A DNA stretch of 64,000 bases from assembly GCA_035714745.1 (NCBI GenBank), contig DASTLR010000008.1, positions 7,394-71,393 of the forward strand. Reading direction: 5' to 3'. Every line of letters begins with the position of its first letter. Within the stretch, counting starts at the first letter, position 1. Under the pieces are notes generated by a model. That model was not told the origin of the DNA, ran no database searches, and worked only from the letters and a program-made list of their open reading frames with translations. The translations under genes were made by a program, and so were the position numbers. This DNA is from Minisyncoccota bacterium (GTDB taxonomy: Bacteria > Patescibacteriota > Minisyncoccia > Phycocordibacterales > UBA6065). This document shows, piece after piece, positions 8,105 through 18,447 of this stretch.

Positions 8105-10048
8105 GTGAACCACCTCGATAGCCTGAACGACCGACAGAGAGAAGCCGTGCTCAAGACCGAGGGTCCCGTGCTTATTCTGGCCGGCGCAGGGGCGGGCAAG
8201 ACCAAGACCATCACCCACCGTATCCTCCACCTCATAAAATCGGGGATAAAGCCCTCGAACATCCTGGCCATCACCTTTACCAATAAGGCTGCCAAAGAGA
8301 TGCGCGAGCGAGTCTTCGCCCTTATCAAGGGGGACAAGGAGTTGAACCTGCCCATATCCTTTGACGAAAGGCCGTTCGTCAGCACCTTCCACTCCCTGGG
8401 CGTCCACATCATCAAGGAGAACGCCCACCGCATAGGCCTGACCCGCCATTTCACCATTTTCGACCGTAGCGACTCGCGGCGGGCGATAAAAGAGGCCGTC
8501 ATGGAGCTCGGCCTCGACCCAAAGCAATACGACCCCAGCGTCATCCTCTCCGTCATCTCGCGGGAGAAGGGAAACGGCATCGGCTTGGACCGTTTTCAGG
8601 ACAGCGTCGGGAACGACTATATGAGAGAGGTCGTCTGGAAGGTCTGGCAGAAGTATGAGGCAGCGCTTCGCAGGGAGAAAGCCCTGGATTTCGACGACCT
8701 CCTTCTGCGCTCGGCCGAGATGCTCGAGAAGCATGCCGAAGTGCGAACTCATTACGAAAAAGCATGGAAGTACGTTCATATCGACGAGTATCAGGACACG
8801 AATAAGGTCCAGTACAAGATCGCCCGGCTCATCAGCGGCGAGACGAAGAACATCTGCGTGGTCGGCGACGTCGACCAGAACATCTACAGCTGGCGAGGCG
8901 CCGATATCAAGAACATCCTGAACTTCGAGCGCGACTATCCGGGAGCGGCCATGGTCACGCTCGAGGAGAACTACCGCTCGACCCAGACCATCCTGGAGGT
9001 GGCGAACCACATCATCCAGAAGAACAAGAACCGCTTCGAGAAGAATCTCTACACCAGGCGCGGGGAAGGAGACAAGATCCTCGTCTATAACGCCTTTGAC
9101 GAGAACGACGAGGCGCGCTTCGTGGCTGAAAAAGCGGCGGCCCTGATCGAGGGCGGCACCGATCCTCGCGAGATCGCCGTCCTTTACCGCGCCAACTTCC
9201 AGTCGCGCGCCTTGGAAGAGGCCATGATCGCCCGTGAAGTCCCATACCAAGTCCTGGGCGTGAAGTTCTTCGAGCGCAAAGAGGTGCGCGACGCGCTCTC
9301 ATACATCCGCGCCGCCCTGAACCGCGACTCGCTCTCGGACCTGCAGCGCGTCATAAACGTGCCCGCGCGCGGCATCGGCAAGGTGACGATAGCAAAGATC
9401 TTCTCGGGCATGATCGACAGCCTCTCGAACGCCCACGCCGAGAAGTGGAAGAATTTCAATCTGATACTCGACGACATCGCCGCCGCGGCCGGACGGGAGA
9501 AGCCGTCCGACCTGATCAAATTCGTCCTCAGGCGAACGGGTCTCGAGGACATGCTCAAGGCCGGCACCGACGAGGACCTGGAGCGCCTGGAGAACGTCCG
9601 CGAGCTGGCGACCCTGGCGACGAAATACGACTTCATGATGCCAGGGGAGGGGGTGTCAAAGCTCCTGGAGGACGCCGCCCTGGCCACCGATCAGGACGAG
9701 ATGGAGGAAGACAAGCCCGCAGCCAGGATGATGACGGTCCATGCCTCGAAAGGCCTGGAATTCGAGCACGTCTTCATCACCGGCCTCGAGCAGGACCTCT
9801 TCCCGCACCGCGGCATGGAGTCGTCGAAGCGCGAGAAGCGCGACGAGGAAGAGGAGCGCCGCCTCTACTACGTGGCTCTCACGCGAGCTAAAAAGAGGCT
9901 GTACCTGAGCCATGCCTCGATGAGGACTATCTTTGGCTCGCGCCAGGTGACCGTGCCGTCAGAGTTCGTCTTCGACATCCCGGAAAAATACCTAGAGACC
10001 GAGGAGCGGGCCCGCATCGGCGGGAAAGTGATATATTTCGACATATGA
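8105..10048 (+). CDS. pcrA: ATP-dependent DNA helicase PcrA/UvrD
   Basis: AGAGAGKT, DEYQDTN, VGDVDQNIYSWRGA, NYRST, TVHASKGLEF, EERRLYYVALTRA. Confidence 0.96.
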   Translation: MNHLDSLNDRQREAVLKTEGPVLILAGAGAGKTKTITHRILHLIKSGIKPSNILAITFTNKAAKEMRERVFALIKGDKELNLPISFDERPFVSTFHSLGVHIIKENAHRIGLTRHFTIFDRSDSRRAIKEAVMELGLDPKQYDPSVILSVISREKGNGIGLDRFQDSVGNDYMREVVWKVWQKYEAALRREKALDFDDLLLRSAEMLEKHAEVRTHYEKAWKYVHIDEYQDTNKVQYKIARLISGETKNICVVGDVDQNIYSWRGADIKNILNFERDYPGAAMVTLEENYRSTQTILEVANHIIQKNKNRFEKNLYTRRGEGDKILVYNAFDENDEARFVAEKAAALIEGGTDPREIAVLYRANFQSRALEEAMIAREVPYQVLGVKFFERKEVRDALSYIRAALNRDSLSDLQRVINVPARGIGKVTIAKIFSGMIDSLSNAHAEKWKNFNLILDDIAAAAGREKPSDLIKFVLRRTGLEDMLKAGTDEDLERLENVRELATLATKYDFMMPGEGVSKLLEDAALATDQDEMEEDKPAARMMTVHASKGLEFEHVFITGLEQDLFPHRGMESSKREKRDEEEERRLYYVALTRAKKRLYLSHASMRTIFGSRQVTVPSEFVFDIPEKYLETEERARIGGKVIYFDI

Positions 10049-10866
10049 TCGGCAAGCCGCAGAGATCGATAGCCGCCAAAAAATCCCTTGGCCAGAACTT
10101 CCTCATCTCGCCGCGCGTCGTCGAGGCCATCGCCGCGGCAGGAGAGCTAAGGGCAGAGGACGCCGTGATTGAAATAGGTCCGGGAAAGGGCGTATTGACC
10201 CGCGCGCTGCTCGCGAGCGGCGCGCGGGTCGTCGCCATAGAAAAGGATGACCGCCTTGTTCCCTTGCTCGCTGAAGAATTCAAACAGGAAATTGCCGCGG
10301 GCTGGCTACAGGTCGTTCATGGAGATGTTCTTGAGATCATGGCCGATAGCTCTCCTCTCCCTGAAAGCTGGCAGCTGAAAGCTGAAAGCTATAAAGTCAT
10401 CGCCAACATCCCGTACTACATCACCGGCCAGATCGTCAGGCTCTTCCTCTCGGCCAAGCAGAAGCCCGCGCTCATGGTCCTGATGGTCCAAAAGGAGGTA
10501 GCGGCCAGGGTCATCGCCCGCGACGGCAAGGAGAGCATCCTCTCGCTCTCGGTAAAAGCCTATGCCACGCCAGAGCTCGTCATGAACGTCTCGCGAGGGA
10601 ATTTCTTTCCCGTCCCGAACGTCGACTCGGCGGTCATCAAGCTTACGAATATACAAAACCCCTTTGCGGATAGAGCAGCGGAAGACCGCTTTTTTGAGAT
10701 AGTAAAGGCCGGCTTCTCGCAGAAGCGAAAGAAGCTTATCTCGAACCTGGAGGCGGTCATGCCGCGCGCCGAACTAGAAGCGAGGTTCGCCGCGCTCCGA
10801 CTCGATTCAAACGTGCGTGCCGAGGATGTACCGCTCGAGACGTGGATCGCCCTCGCCTCACGCTAG
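10045..10866 (+). CDS. rsmA: 16S rRNA dimethyladenosine transferase
   Basis: KKSLGQNFL, EIGPGKG, ANIPYYIT, MVQKEVA, PNVDSAV. Confidence 0.96.
   Translation: MIGKPQRSIAAKKSLGQNFLISPRVVEAIAAAGELRAEDAVIEIGPGKGVLTRALLASGARVVAIEKDDRLVPLLAEEFKQEIAAGWLQVVHGDVLEIMADSSPLPESWQLKAESYKVIANIPYYITGQIVRLFLSAKQKPALMVLMVQKEVAARVIARDGKESILSLSVKAYATPELVMNVSRGNFFPVPNVDSAVIKLTNIQNPFADRAAEDRFFEIVKAGFSQKRKKLISNLEAVMPRAELEARFAALRLDSNVRAEDVPLETWIALASR
10361..10395 (+). repeat. Heptamer tandem repeat (CTGAAAG-like x5) inside rsmA
   Basis: ctgaaag ctggcag ctgaaag ctgaaag ctataaa. Confidence 0.7.
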
Positions 10867-11252
10867 AATCCTGAAGATCCGACCGTCGAGGTGATCTTGC
10901 CCATGGCTGGGACGACGCTACAAGACGTGCCCACATAGATCTTGCACTGGCTCCTCGTCGTCGGATCGTACAGACCCAGTACCTTTGCGGCATAGGGGAG
11001 ATTCTTGTTGGCATACTTTTGCGTGCCGGCTTGATAGGTGAGCGTCACTTTGCTCGTGCCAGAAAAGATGGTCATGTAATAAACCCCGCTTGGACTGCAT
11101 GTACAAGGAAAAGAGAGGGGAAAAGTCGCCACAGTCCCTCCAAAAGGTACATCCTTGCCCACAATGTTCCCGAGAGTGAAAGCAAGAGCGCACACCGGCA
11201 GAGCAACGCCCGCAAGGATCGTTGCCGTCAGATATATTCTGCGTCTTATCAT
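10863..11252 (-). CDS. Small secreted Cys-containing hypothetical protein
   Basis: Signal-peptide-like N-terminus; PFGG...PCTCS...C..Y.G..C pattern. Confidence 0.7.
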   Translation of the reverse strand: MIRRRIYLTATILAGVALPVCALAFTLGNIVGKDVPFGGTVATFPLSFPCTCSPSGVYYMTIFSGTSKVTLTYQAGTQKYANKNLPYAAKVLGLYDPTTRSQCKIYVGTSCSVVPAMGKITSTVGSSGF

Positions 11253-11302
11253 GCTCCCAGTATACCTCATACTGCAGTCGTGCGTGATATACTGGAGAGA
11301 CC

Positions 11303-12166
11303 ATGCGCGCTCTCCTGGGTTTCTTTGGGACAAAGATCGGCATCGCCGTCCTGGCGGCCATCGTCATCGTCGGCGCGGCAGCCGGATTCAAGTACAGCCG
11401 CTCGGCTCAGGAGAAGCAGAAAGGCGCCGCCACCCTCGTCGTCGAGCAGATCATCAAGGATTCCCTCAAGAACCTGAACGAGATAGAAGGGGACAGCGCC
11501 TTCGTCGCCTCGACCACCGGCCCAGACGACGCCGCTCCCCAGGAGCCGGCAGTGCCCTATACGGCTACCGACCGCTTCTCCCAGCAGATCTTCCGCGAAT
11601 ACATCTCGGCCAAGCAAAACGGCAAAGAGGTCGACGCCGACACCTCTGCCCGCATCGCCGAGAGCGTTCTTGCTCAAGATTATAGCGATAGAACGCCAGC
11701 CTACTCGGTTCTCGACCTCCATATCAGCGCCGACGAATCCGCCTCCTCTCTTAGAACGTACGGAAATAGCCTGGGAGCCATACTTTCAGCCCCGCCGGCG
11801 GCCAAAGAAAATGAATTAGAGATATTCCTCAAGCTCTCGTCAAAGTCGACAGACGACTATGGAAAAGAGCTGGCGGCCATACAAAAGCGCTATATTTCGA
11901 TGCGGACGGCGCTTTTGGCCCTGCCGGCGCCCAAAAGCTTTGCCGCGGCGCAGGTCGACATCCTTAATTCCCTCAACCTCTTCGTCGACGCCATAGACGG
12001 AGCGCTGAATATAGACGCTGACCCAATCGGGGCATTGAACAAGATAGCGCGGCATGACGACGGCATGACGGCCCTCCAAAAGGCCCTCGCTTCGATCAAA
12101 AAGACCTTCGCCGCAAAAGGCATGACCTTCGCGGCCAAAGAAAAAGGATTTATCCTCACAGAATAA
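11303..12166 (+). CDS. Hypothetical N-terminally anchored helical protein
   Basis: Long ORF, TM at N-terminus, first gene of the co-oriented T4SS-like cluster. Confidence 0.8.
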   Translation: MRALLGFFGTKIGIAVLAAIVIVGAAAGFKYSRSAQEKQKGAATLVVEQIIKDSLKNLNEIEGDSAFVASTTGPDDAAPQEPAVPYTATDRFSQQIFREYISAKQNGKEVDADTSARIAESVLAQDYSDRTPAYSVLDLHISADESASSLRTYGNSLGAILSAPPAAKENELEIFLKLSSKSTDDYGKELAAIQKRYISMRTALLALPAPKSFAAAQVDILNSLNLFVDAIDGALNIDADPIGALNKIARHDDGMTALQKALASIKKTFAAKGMTFAAKEKGFILTE

Positions 12167-12195
12167 GGCCACATCGGTGGTATAATTTCCATATC

Positions 12196-14388
12196 ATGAA
12201 AGGCGGACTGCACCAAAAGATCGTTCTCTCGCTTCTCGTGCCCTTGCTCGCCGCCTCGAGCATGGTCTTTGGCACGGAAACCGCCTCTGCCGCCGTCGCG
12301 GGCTGTACCGCCAACGTCATCAGCGCCGCCGTAGGTAAAGGGGCGCTCGGAAAAGTGCTCGGCTCCGTCGTGCCGGTAGGCGACACCGTCACCAACATCG
12401 GCGTGACAGGCAGCTTCACCAAAGACTGCATCCTCACGCCGATCGCCATAAAGATGGCCCGCACCATGGCCAGGAACATCTCGAACAGCATCGTCAATTG
12501 GATCAATAGCGACTTCAAGGGCAAGCCTGCCTTCGTCACCGATTTCGGCAGCCTGGCAAAGGATAGCGCCGACGAGGTCATCGGCAACTTCATCTACGGC
12601 AGCGACTTGAACTTCCTCTGCCAGCCGTTCTCCTTCAAGATCCGCCTGGCCCTGGCCACGAAGTATCAGCAGCCCTTCCAGGAACAGATCCGCTGCCGCG
12701 TGACGGACGTGACCAAGAACGTCTCGAGCTTCGTCAAGGCAAACGGGGGAGCGGGCTGGAACAACTGGCTCGAGATCACCACTCAGCCGCAGAACAACGT
12801 ATACGGCGCATACCTGATGGCCGATTCCCAGCTTGCCCAGAACGTCCAGAGCGCCCTGAACGTCAAGAACGACCAGCTCAAGATGGGCAATGGATTCTTG
12901 GACTTCCAGGTCTGCGAGAAATGGATAGAGCCCGGAAAGTCGAGCGGCATCGTCGCAGACAGCGCAGCGTCGGCCGCGGCCCAGTCCAGCACCTATTCCT
13001 CGAGCCCCTTCAACTCGACGCTCCAGCCGACGAATACGAGTCTGACCGGCGGATCGCTGGGCGCGTCTGGAAATTCTCCACTCCAGGGCGCTAGCGTCGG
13101 CTTCGGCGTTCCTGTGACGGCCAACACCCTGCCTACCTTCAAAGACAGCGCCGGAAAGACCTTTGGAGTCGAGAAAACCTGCAGCAAATGGGTCACAAAG
13201 ACTCCTGGCGCCTATGTCGCCGAGCTCGGCAAGCCTGTGTTGGGCGGCTGGGCGGATCAGCTGAATCTCGCCACCGATATCGATCAGATCGTCGGAGCGC
13301 TCATCAACCACTTCGGGGAGAAGGTCGTGAGCGGCGCCCAAGGCTTCCTCGGGCTGTCGTCAAAGGGCGGCTACGCGCAGAGCAACCTGAACTATGCGCA
13401 GGCTTCCACATTCGCAGACGACGCCTCGAATCCCGAGAATGCCGGCCTGGGCGATGCCGGCGCCGCCGCTTCGGACAGCTTCTCGGCGCTCTTTTCGGCC
13501 ACCCAGGTCAGCCTGGGCGACAGCCTGGCGGCAGGCAAGGCGGTCTCGATGTCGAGCCCCGGCATCGGCAGCTCGGCATGGGTCGTCGACGGGGACACCG
13601 GCACGGCCGCCGCCACTGCCGAGACAGTCAATCCATGGATTGAGGTGGACCTGGGCGAGCCTGCAGAGATCAGGGAGATCCATATCTGGAGCCCTACCGA
13701 CCAGACACCGGCAGAAAGCGTCGGAACCTTTGACGTCGTCGTCTCGAAGTCGCAGGGCGGCCGCGACTGGGTCAGTCCGCAGGCTACGCAGACGGAGACC
13801 AGTCCGAACCCCGCCGTCGTCTCGGTAGGCCAGACCGGCAGATATATCAGGATAGAGCGCTCAAGGAACTCATACGAATGCGGCGACCCAGAGCAGGGCT
13901 CGCAGACCTGCTACTATCCGCTCCGAGTGGGGGAGATCGAGGTCGTCGGCCCTGCCGCCGGTACGGAACAAGACGGCGCAGCCCAGAGCGCGAGCGTCTC
14001 GTTCGGCACGCCGAGCGGGGCCACCTCTATCCGTCCTTCCTCGGCCTTCTCCTTTACCATCCCTGTCAACGCGACCTCCGAGACGAACATCGCCTTCGTA
14101 GAGGTCAGGCTCTACGCCGGAACCGAGCTCGCGCCGTTCGCCTCGGCCTTTTCCAACGGCTCGGTCGGCCTGAAACAGAGCGGCGCCACCCGCAACGTCT
14201 ATCCCGCAGGCGCTCCCGGCGTAGATTTCACGGGCGTTTCGGCCGGTCCGACCTCTGGAACCGCCATCACTGTCGCCGGTACCGCCCTGCCGCCGGGCGC
14301 CACGAGCGCGTACAAGATCGTGCTCACCGCCCGCGACGCAAATAGGGAAATCCTCGATACGGCTACTGTCAATTTCATAGTACAATAG
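12196..14388 (+). CDS. Secreted protein, Cys-containing helical N-domain plus discoidin/F5-8 type C-like domain
   Basis: Signal peptide; VVDGD, PWIEVDLG, GRYIRI, LRVGEIEV fit a discoidin fold. Confidence 0.75.
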   Translation: MKGGLHQKIVLSLLVPLLAASSMVFGTETASAAVAGCTANVISAAVGKGALGKVLGSVVPVGDTVTNIGVTGSFTKDCILTPIAIKMARTMARNISNSIVNWINSDFKGKPAFVTDFGSLAKDSADEVIGNFIYGSDLNFLCQPFSFKIRLALATKYQQPFQEQIRCRVTDVTKNVSSFVKANGGAGWNNWLEITTQPQNNVYGAYLMADSQLAQNVQSALNVKNDQLKMGNGFLDFQVCEKWIEPGKSSGIVADSAASAAAQSSTYSSSPFNSTLQPTNTSLTGGSLGASGNSPLQGASVGFGVPVTANTLPTFKDSAGKTFGVEKTCSKWVTKTPGAYVAELGKPVLGGWADQLNLATDIDQIVGALINHFGEKVVSGAQGFLGLSSKGGYAQSNLNYAQASTFADDASNPENAGLGDAGAAASDSFSALFSATQVSLGDSLAAGKAVSMSSPGIGSSAWVVDGDTGTAAATAETVNPWIEVDLGEPAEIREIHIWSPTDQTPAESVGTFDVVVSKSQGGRDWVSPQATQTETSPNPAVVSVGQTGRYIRIERSRNSYECGDPEQGSQTCYYPLRVGEIEVVGPAAGTEQDGAAQSASVSFGTPSGATSIRPSSAFSFTIPVNATSETNIAFVEVRLYAGTELAPFASAFSNGSVGLKQSGATRNVYPAGAPGVDFTGVSAGPTSGTAITVAGTALPPGATSAYKIVLTARDANREILDTATVNFIVQ

Positions 14389-14393
14389 ACAGG

Positions 14394-16787
14394 ATGAGAA
14401 AGTTCCTGCCCCAATTCCTCCTTGCAACGACCGCGCTCGTCGGAGTAGGCTTCTTTTTCGCGCCGCATGAGGCGCACGCGTTCGAAGCGATAGACACCCT
14501 CGTGAAATTCCTGACCTTCAGCTCGGACATCGTCTATGGCACCCTGGGCAAGCTCTTCTGGTTCGGCACCGTGCCGATCACCAGCTTCGTGCTCTGGCTG
14601 GTCGGCATGATGATCGACCTGGCCACCAACCTCTCTCTGACTAACAATTTCTTTAACGCTCCCGCCATCGCCACGGCATGGAGCATCATCCGCGACCTCT
14701 GCAACATGGTCTTCATCTTCGTCCTGATCTGGGCGGGACTGAGGACCATCCTGAACCTCGGCAACGCGGTGACGGTCAAGAAGACCATCACCGGCGTGGT
14801 CATCGCCGCCCTTTTCATCAACTTCAGCCTCTTCATCACCAAAGCCATTATCGACGTCAGCAATATCGGCACGGCCTGGTTCGTCAAAGGCGTCGAGAAC
14901 GTCGGGGGAGGGACGAGCGTCAGCGATTCCGTGCGAAGCGTCCTCCAGATGAACAAGCTCGTCGAGAACAAGGACGCCGGCAAAGGCGCCTGGAGCCTGC
15001 AGTCGTTCGTCGCAGGCTTCGCCCTGACCATCTTGAACTGCGTCGCCATCTACGTGCTCTTCAAAGTCGCCTTCTTCCTGGTAGCCAGGATCGTATCGTT
15101 CTTCTTCTTGCTCGTCACCGCGCCGCTCGGCTTCGTCGGCGGGCTCGAGATACCGCAGCTCTCGGCCTATTCGAAGAAATGGTGGGACGAGCTCCGCAAC
15201 CAGGCCCTGATGGCCCCGATGTTCTTCCTCATGCTCTATATCACGCTCTACATCGTCGATCAGGTTGACGCTCTCGTCTTTGCCAACGGCGCGGCGAGCT
15301 CGGTCGATCCCGTCACTGGCTCCGGCTTCACCCCCGCGAACTACGTGATGTTCGCCATCATCGTCCTCATGCTCAATAAATGCCTCTCCACCGCCGAGGA
15401 ATACAGCGGCGAGCTCGGCGGCCAGATCGCGGGGTATCTCAAGAGCGCTACCTCATTCGTTGGCGGCGCGGCTCTCATGGGAACGGTGGGCCGGGCAGCT
15501 ACTTGGGCCAAGAATAACAAAAGCTTCCAAAGCCTCGCGGGCAGGAGCGCGATCGCCGGCGCTCTTTATGGCGGGACAACGAAAGTCGCCGAGTCTGGCT
15601 TCGGCGTAAAATCTAATTATAACCAGCTCGCAAAATCCACCGGCCTCAGCTCCATCGATCTGACTAAAAACGCGTTCAAAGGCGCAGACAGCTATGAGAA
15701 ACAGAGGAAATTCGAAATCGATGAGAAGAAGAAATTCGCCAAAACGCTTGGAAAGGGGCCTGAAGGGGAGGCTAACAGGATCGCATACGCCAATCGGCTG
15801 GACAAAGGCGTCTACGCTCAGACTGTCGGCAGGCTGACCGGAGACAAGGCCAACCTCAAGGAAGCCGCAAAGGATATGGCGAAAGACGCGAAGACGGCCA
15901 TGACCAAGGGAGTCAAAGACGACGCCAAGAAGAAAGCGACCGCGAAGCAGAATCAGGTTGTCGTAGCAGAAACCGTCCAGGGTATGCTCAAGAAGCCTAT
16001 GAACAGCGCCGACGTGGGCGAAGTCGACAAGGCAGCTAAATCCGGGAAGAAGCTCCTGGCAGAATTGAGGAAAGACCTCAAAGAAGAGAACAAGGACGAC
16101 TACCTGAAATTCGTAAGCGGATACGAGGAATCAAAAGGAAGAATAGATCCGGAGAGCAAGGCAGACAAAATCGGGATTGACATTGCCCGTCTCCAGACCG
16201 AGAAAATGGAAGCGGAATGGGCGTTGAATAGGAATCCTAAAGACAGAGACGCCGAGAAGAAATTCTCTGAGGTTAATGCAAAGATAGCTGAAAAGACCAA
16301 GGAGAAGGAAGAAGCAGCCGCTCAGGAGTCTAAACAGAGAGAGCGCTTCGCCGAGCTAGCTAAAAAGATAACCGCTGAGGATAGGAAAGAAGCTGCCAAG
16401 AAATTCTCTGGAATCTCCGCCAAAGAATGGACCAAGATAGCCGAGCAACAAGTCGCATACGAAGACGAGATCATCAAGAATATCGATGCCGCTGAAAAGG
16501 CCCTTGATAATGCGCTAGAGAAGGCGGAATACATAGGGACTAAGAAAGAGAACCTCATGGAGGCGCAAAAAGCCCTTGAGACCGTCATCGGAAAGACTCC
16601 GAAGTTCAAGGGCGGCAAAAAAGGTCAGCCGCGAGAAATCGACAAAGATAATCCAGGATCAGGCCTCAAGAAGCAGGCAGCCGATCTTAAAGAGAAGTTC
16701 AATGATAAGAACAAGGAGCTCACTATAGGCAAAGACGAACCAGAGAAAAAAGAGGAGAAACCTCCGGAAGCAGCTCCTTCTAAATAA
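14394..16787 (+). CDS. VirB6/TrbL-like polytopic membrane protein with long charged coiled-coil tail
   Basis: WSIIRDLCNMVFIFVL, ALFINFSLFITK, 6-8 TM segments; context next to prgI/virB4. Confidence 0.7.
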   Translation: MRKFLPQFLLATTALVGVGFFFAPHEAHAFEAIDTLVKFLTFSSDIVYGTLGKLFWFGTVPITSFVLWLVGMMIDLATNLSLTNNFFNAPAIATAWSIIRDLCNMVFIFVLIWAGLRTILNLGNAVTVKKTITGVVIAALFINFSLFITKAIIDVSNIGTAWFVKGVENVGGGTSVSDSVRSVLQMNKLVENKDAGKGAWSLQSFVAGFALTILNCVAIYVLFKVAFFLVARIVSFFFLLVTAPLGFVGGLEIPQLSAYSKKWWDELRNQALMAPMFFLMLYITLYIVDQVDALVFANGAASSVDPVTGSGFTPANYVMFAIIVLMLNKCLSTAEEYSGELGGQIAGYLKSATSFVGGAALMGTVGRAATWAKNNKSFQSLAGRSAIAGALYGGTTKVAESGFGVKSNYNQLAKSTGLSSIDLTKNAFKGADSYEKQRKFEIDEKKKFAKTLGKGPEGEANRIAYANRLDKGVYAQTVGRLTGDKANLKEAAKDMAKDAKTAMTKGVKDDAKKKATAKQNQVVVAETVQGMLKKPMNSADVGEVDKAAKSGKKLLAELRKDLKEENKDDYLKFVSGYEESKGRIDPESKADKIGIDIARLQTEKMEAEWALNRNPKDRDAEKKFSEVNAKIAEKTKEKEEAAAQESKQRERFAELAKKITAEDRKEAAKKFSGISAKEWTKIAEQQVAYEDEIIKNIDAAEKALDNALEKAEYIGTKKENLMEAQKALETVIGKTPKFKGGKKGQPREIDKDNPGSGLKKQAADLKEKFNDKNKELTIGKDEPEKKEEKPPEAAPSK

Positions 16788-16793
16788 CCAGCC

Positions 16794-17309
16794 ATGGACA
16801 CACAACAAATAGCTGAAAAGATACTTTCGGTGGGAAAAGCCCATAGCCTGAACCTCGAACAGATCGGCATGCTCGAGAGCATCGTCAGAGACGTCGTTGA
16901 GGGCAGGACTTCAGCTGGGGACTTCGTCAGTAGCATAGAAGACGCACTGAACCTCGAAGACGACGAACTGACTTCGCTTGCCGCTGACATCAACCTTGAA
17001 GTGCTCATGCCTATCAGGGAGAGCCTGATCGAAGATCAGGCGAGCGATACAGAGGAAGACCTGACAGAAAAAGAAACCGACGACACCCGCGAATCCATCC
17101 TCGCCGAGATCGAGAATCCGAGCCCGACCGTCCATCCGATATCTGCCGCCGACCAGACGGTGGCGGGGCCTGCCGCGGCCAGGGAAGTGATCGCCGAGCG
17201 CCTGAGCCAGCCGGTCAGCTCGCCCGCCCAAACGATCGTCGTACCGCCGAAAGCGCCGGAAAAGCCCCGCGGCTACGCCGTAGATCCGTATCGCGAGCCG
17301 ATCAATTAG
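16794..17309 (+). CDS. Acidic hypothetical protein ending DPYREPI
   Basis: Operonic ORF between the VirB6-like gene and prgI. Confidence 0.75.
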   Translation: MDTQQIAEKILSVGKAHSLNLEQIGMLESIVRDVVEGRTSAGDFVSSIEDALNLEDDELTSLAADINLEVLMPIRESLIEDQASDTEEDLTEKETDDTRESILAEIENPSPTVHPISAADQTVAGPAAAREVIAERLSQPVSSPAQTIVVPPKAPEKPRGYAVDPYREPIN

Positions 17310-17344
17310 ACGGCGGGCCCATGCCGGCATGCTAGACTATAGCC

Positions 17345-17791
17345 ATGCGTTTCCAGGTCCCTCAATTCATCGAGGTCGAGGACAAGATCTTCGGCCCTCT
17401 GACCATCAAGCAGTTCATCTACCTCCTGGGCGGGGCCGGCCTCTCCTTTATCGTCTATAGCTTCGTCGGCAACCTCTTTCTGAGCGCCGTCTTCATCGTG
17501 CCGATCATGGCCTTTGCCCTGGCTCTGGCCTTCTACAAAGTGAACGGCAAGCCCTTCATCAACGTCGTCGAGGCGGCCTTTACTTACTTCGTCAACAGCA
17601 AGCTCTATATCTGGAAGAAGGTCGACAAGGTCCCGGTAGCCAAGAACGCCCCGACCGCGGCAGGCGCCGCCTCGCCCGATTTCTATGTGCCAAAGCTGTC
17701 GGATTCCAAGCTCAAGGACCTGACCTGGTCGCTCGACATCAAGCAGAGCCAGAACCCCGCCCAGAACCAGAAAGGGAAGAGCAATTTCTAG
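17345..17791 (+). CDS. PrgI-family membrane protein
   Basis: FQVPQFIEVEDKIFGPLTIKQF followed by two TM helices. Confidence 0.88.
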   Translation: MRFQVPQFIEVEDKIFGPLTIKQFIYLLGGAGLSFIVYSFVGNLFLSAVFIVPIMAFALALAFYKVNGKPFINVVEAAFTYFVNSKLYIWKKVDKVPVAKNAPTAAGAASPDFYVPKLSDSKLKDLTWSLDIKQSQNPAQNQKGKSNF

Positions 17792-17807
17792 ATGATATAC
17801 TTCTAAG

Positions 17808-18443
17808 ATGGCAGTGAACGCAAAAACGACCCAGGAATTCGTGCCGATCAAGGAGATCCGCCAGGGTGTGGTCATCCTCAAGGACGATTCCCTGCGGGGC
17901 ATCGTCATAGCCTCGTCCCTGAACTTCGCCCTGAAGTCCGCCGAGGAGCAGCAGTCGATCATCCTGCAGTTCCAGAACTTCCTGAACTCGCTCGATTTCT
18001 CCGTGCAGATCTTCATCCAGTCCCGAAAGCTCGACATCAGGCCCTATATCGCTCTATTAGAGAACAGACTCAAGGAGCAGGTGGGCGACCTCTTGAAAAT
18101 GCAGACGCGCGAGTACATCTCATTCATCAAGAACTTCACCGAGAGCCAGAACATCATGAGCAAGACCTTCTTCGTCGTGGTGCCCTATACTCCGGCACCG
18201 GTGAGCGCCAGCGGCATCGCCGACGTCCTGGGGAAAAAGAAGACGGCGACCGAGACGGCCGAGCAGCGCCTGGCCGAATTCGAGGAGCACAGGAGCCAGC
18301 TGGAGCAGAGGATGGGCGTGGTGACCCAGGGCCTGGTGCGCTGCGGCATCCGCACCATCGAGCTGGGCACCGAGGAGGTCGTCGAGCTCTTCTACAAGAT
18401 CTTTAACCCGGGCGATACGGAAAAGCCTATTCCACTTTCATAA
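17808..18443 (+). CDS. TraC/VirB4 N-terminal-like protein
   Basis: LNFALKSAEEQ...FLNSLDFSVQI motif, directly upstream of the VirB4 ATPase. Confidence 0.75.
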   Translation: MAVNAKTTQEFVPIKEIRQGVVILKDDSLRGIVIASSLNFALKSAEEQQSIILQFQNFLNSLDFSVQIFIQSRKLDIRPYIALLENRLKEQVGDLLKMQTREYISFIKNFTESQNIMSKTFFVVVPYTPAPVSASGIADVLGKKKTATETAEQRLAEFEEHRSQLEQRMGVVTQGLVRCGIRTIELGTEEVVELFYKIFNPGDTEKPIPLS

Positions 18444-18447
18444 TCCT

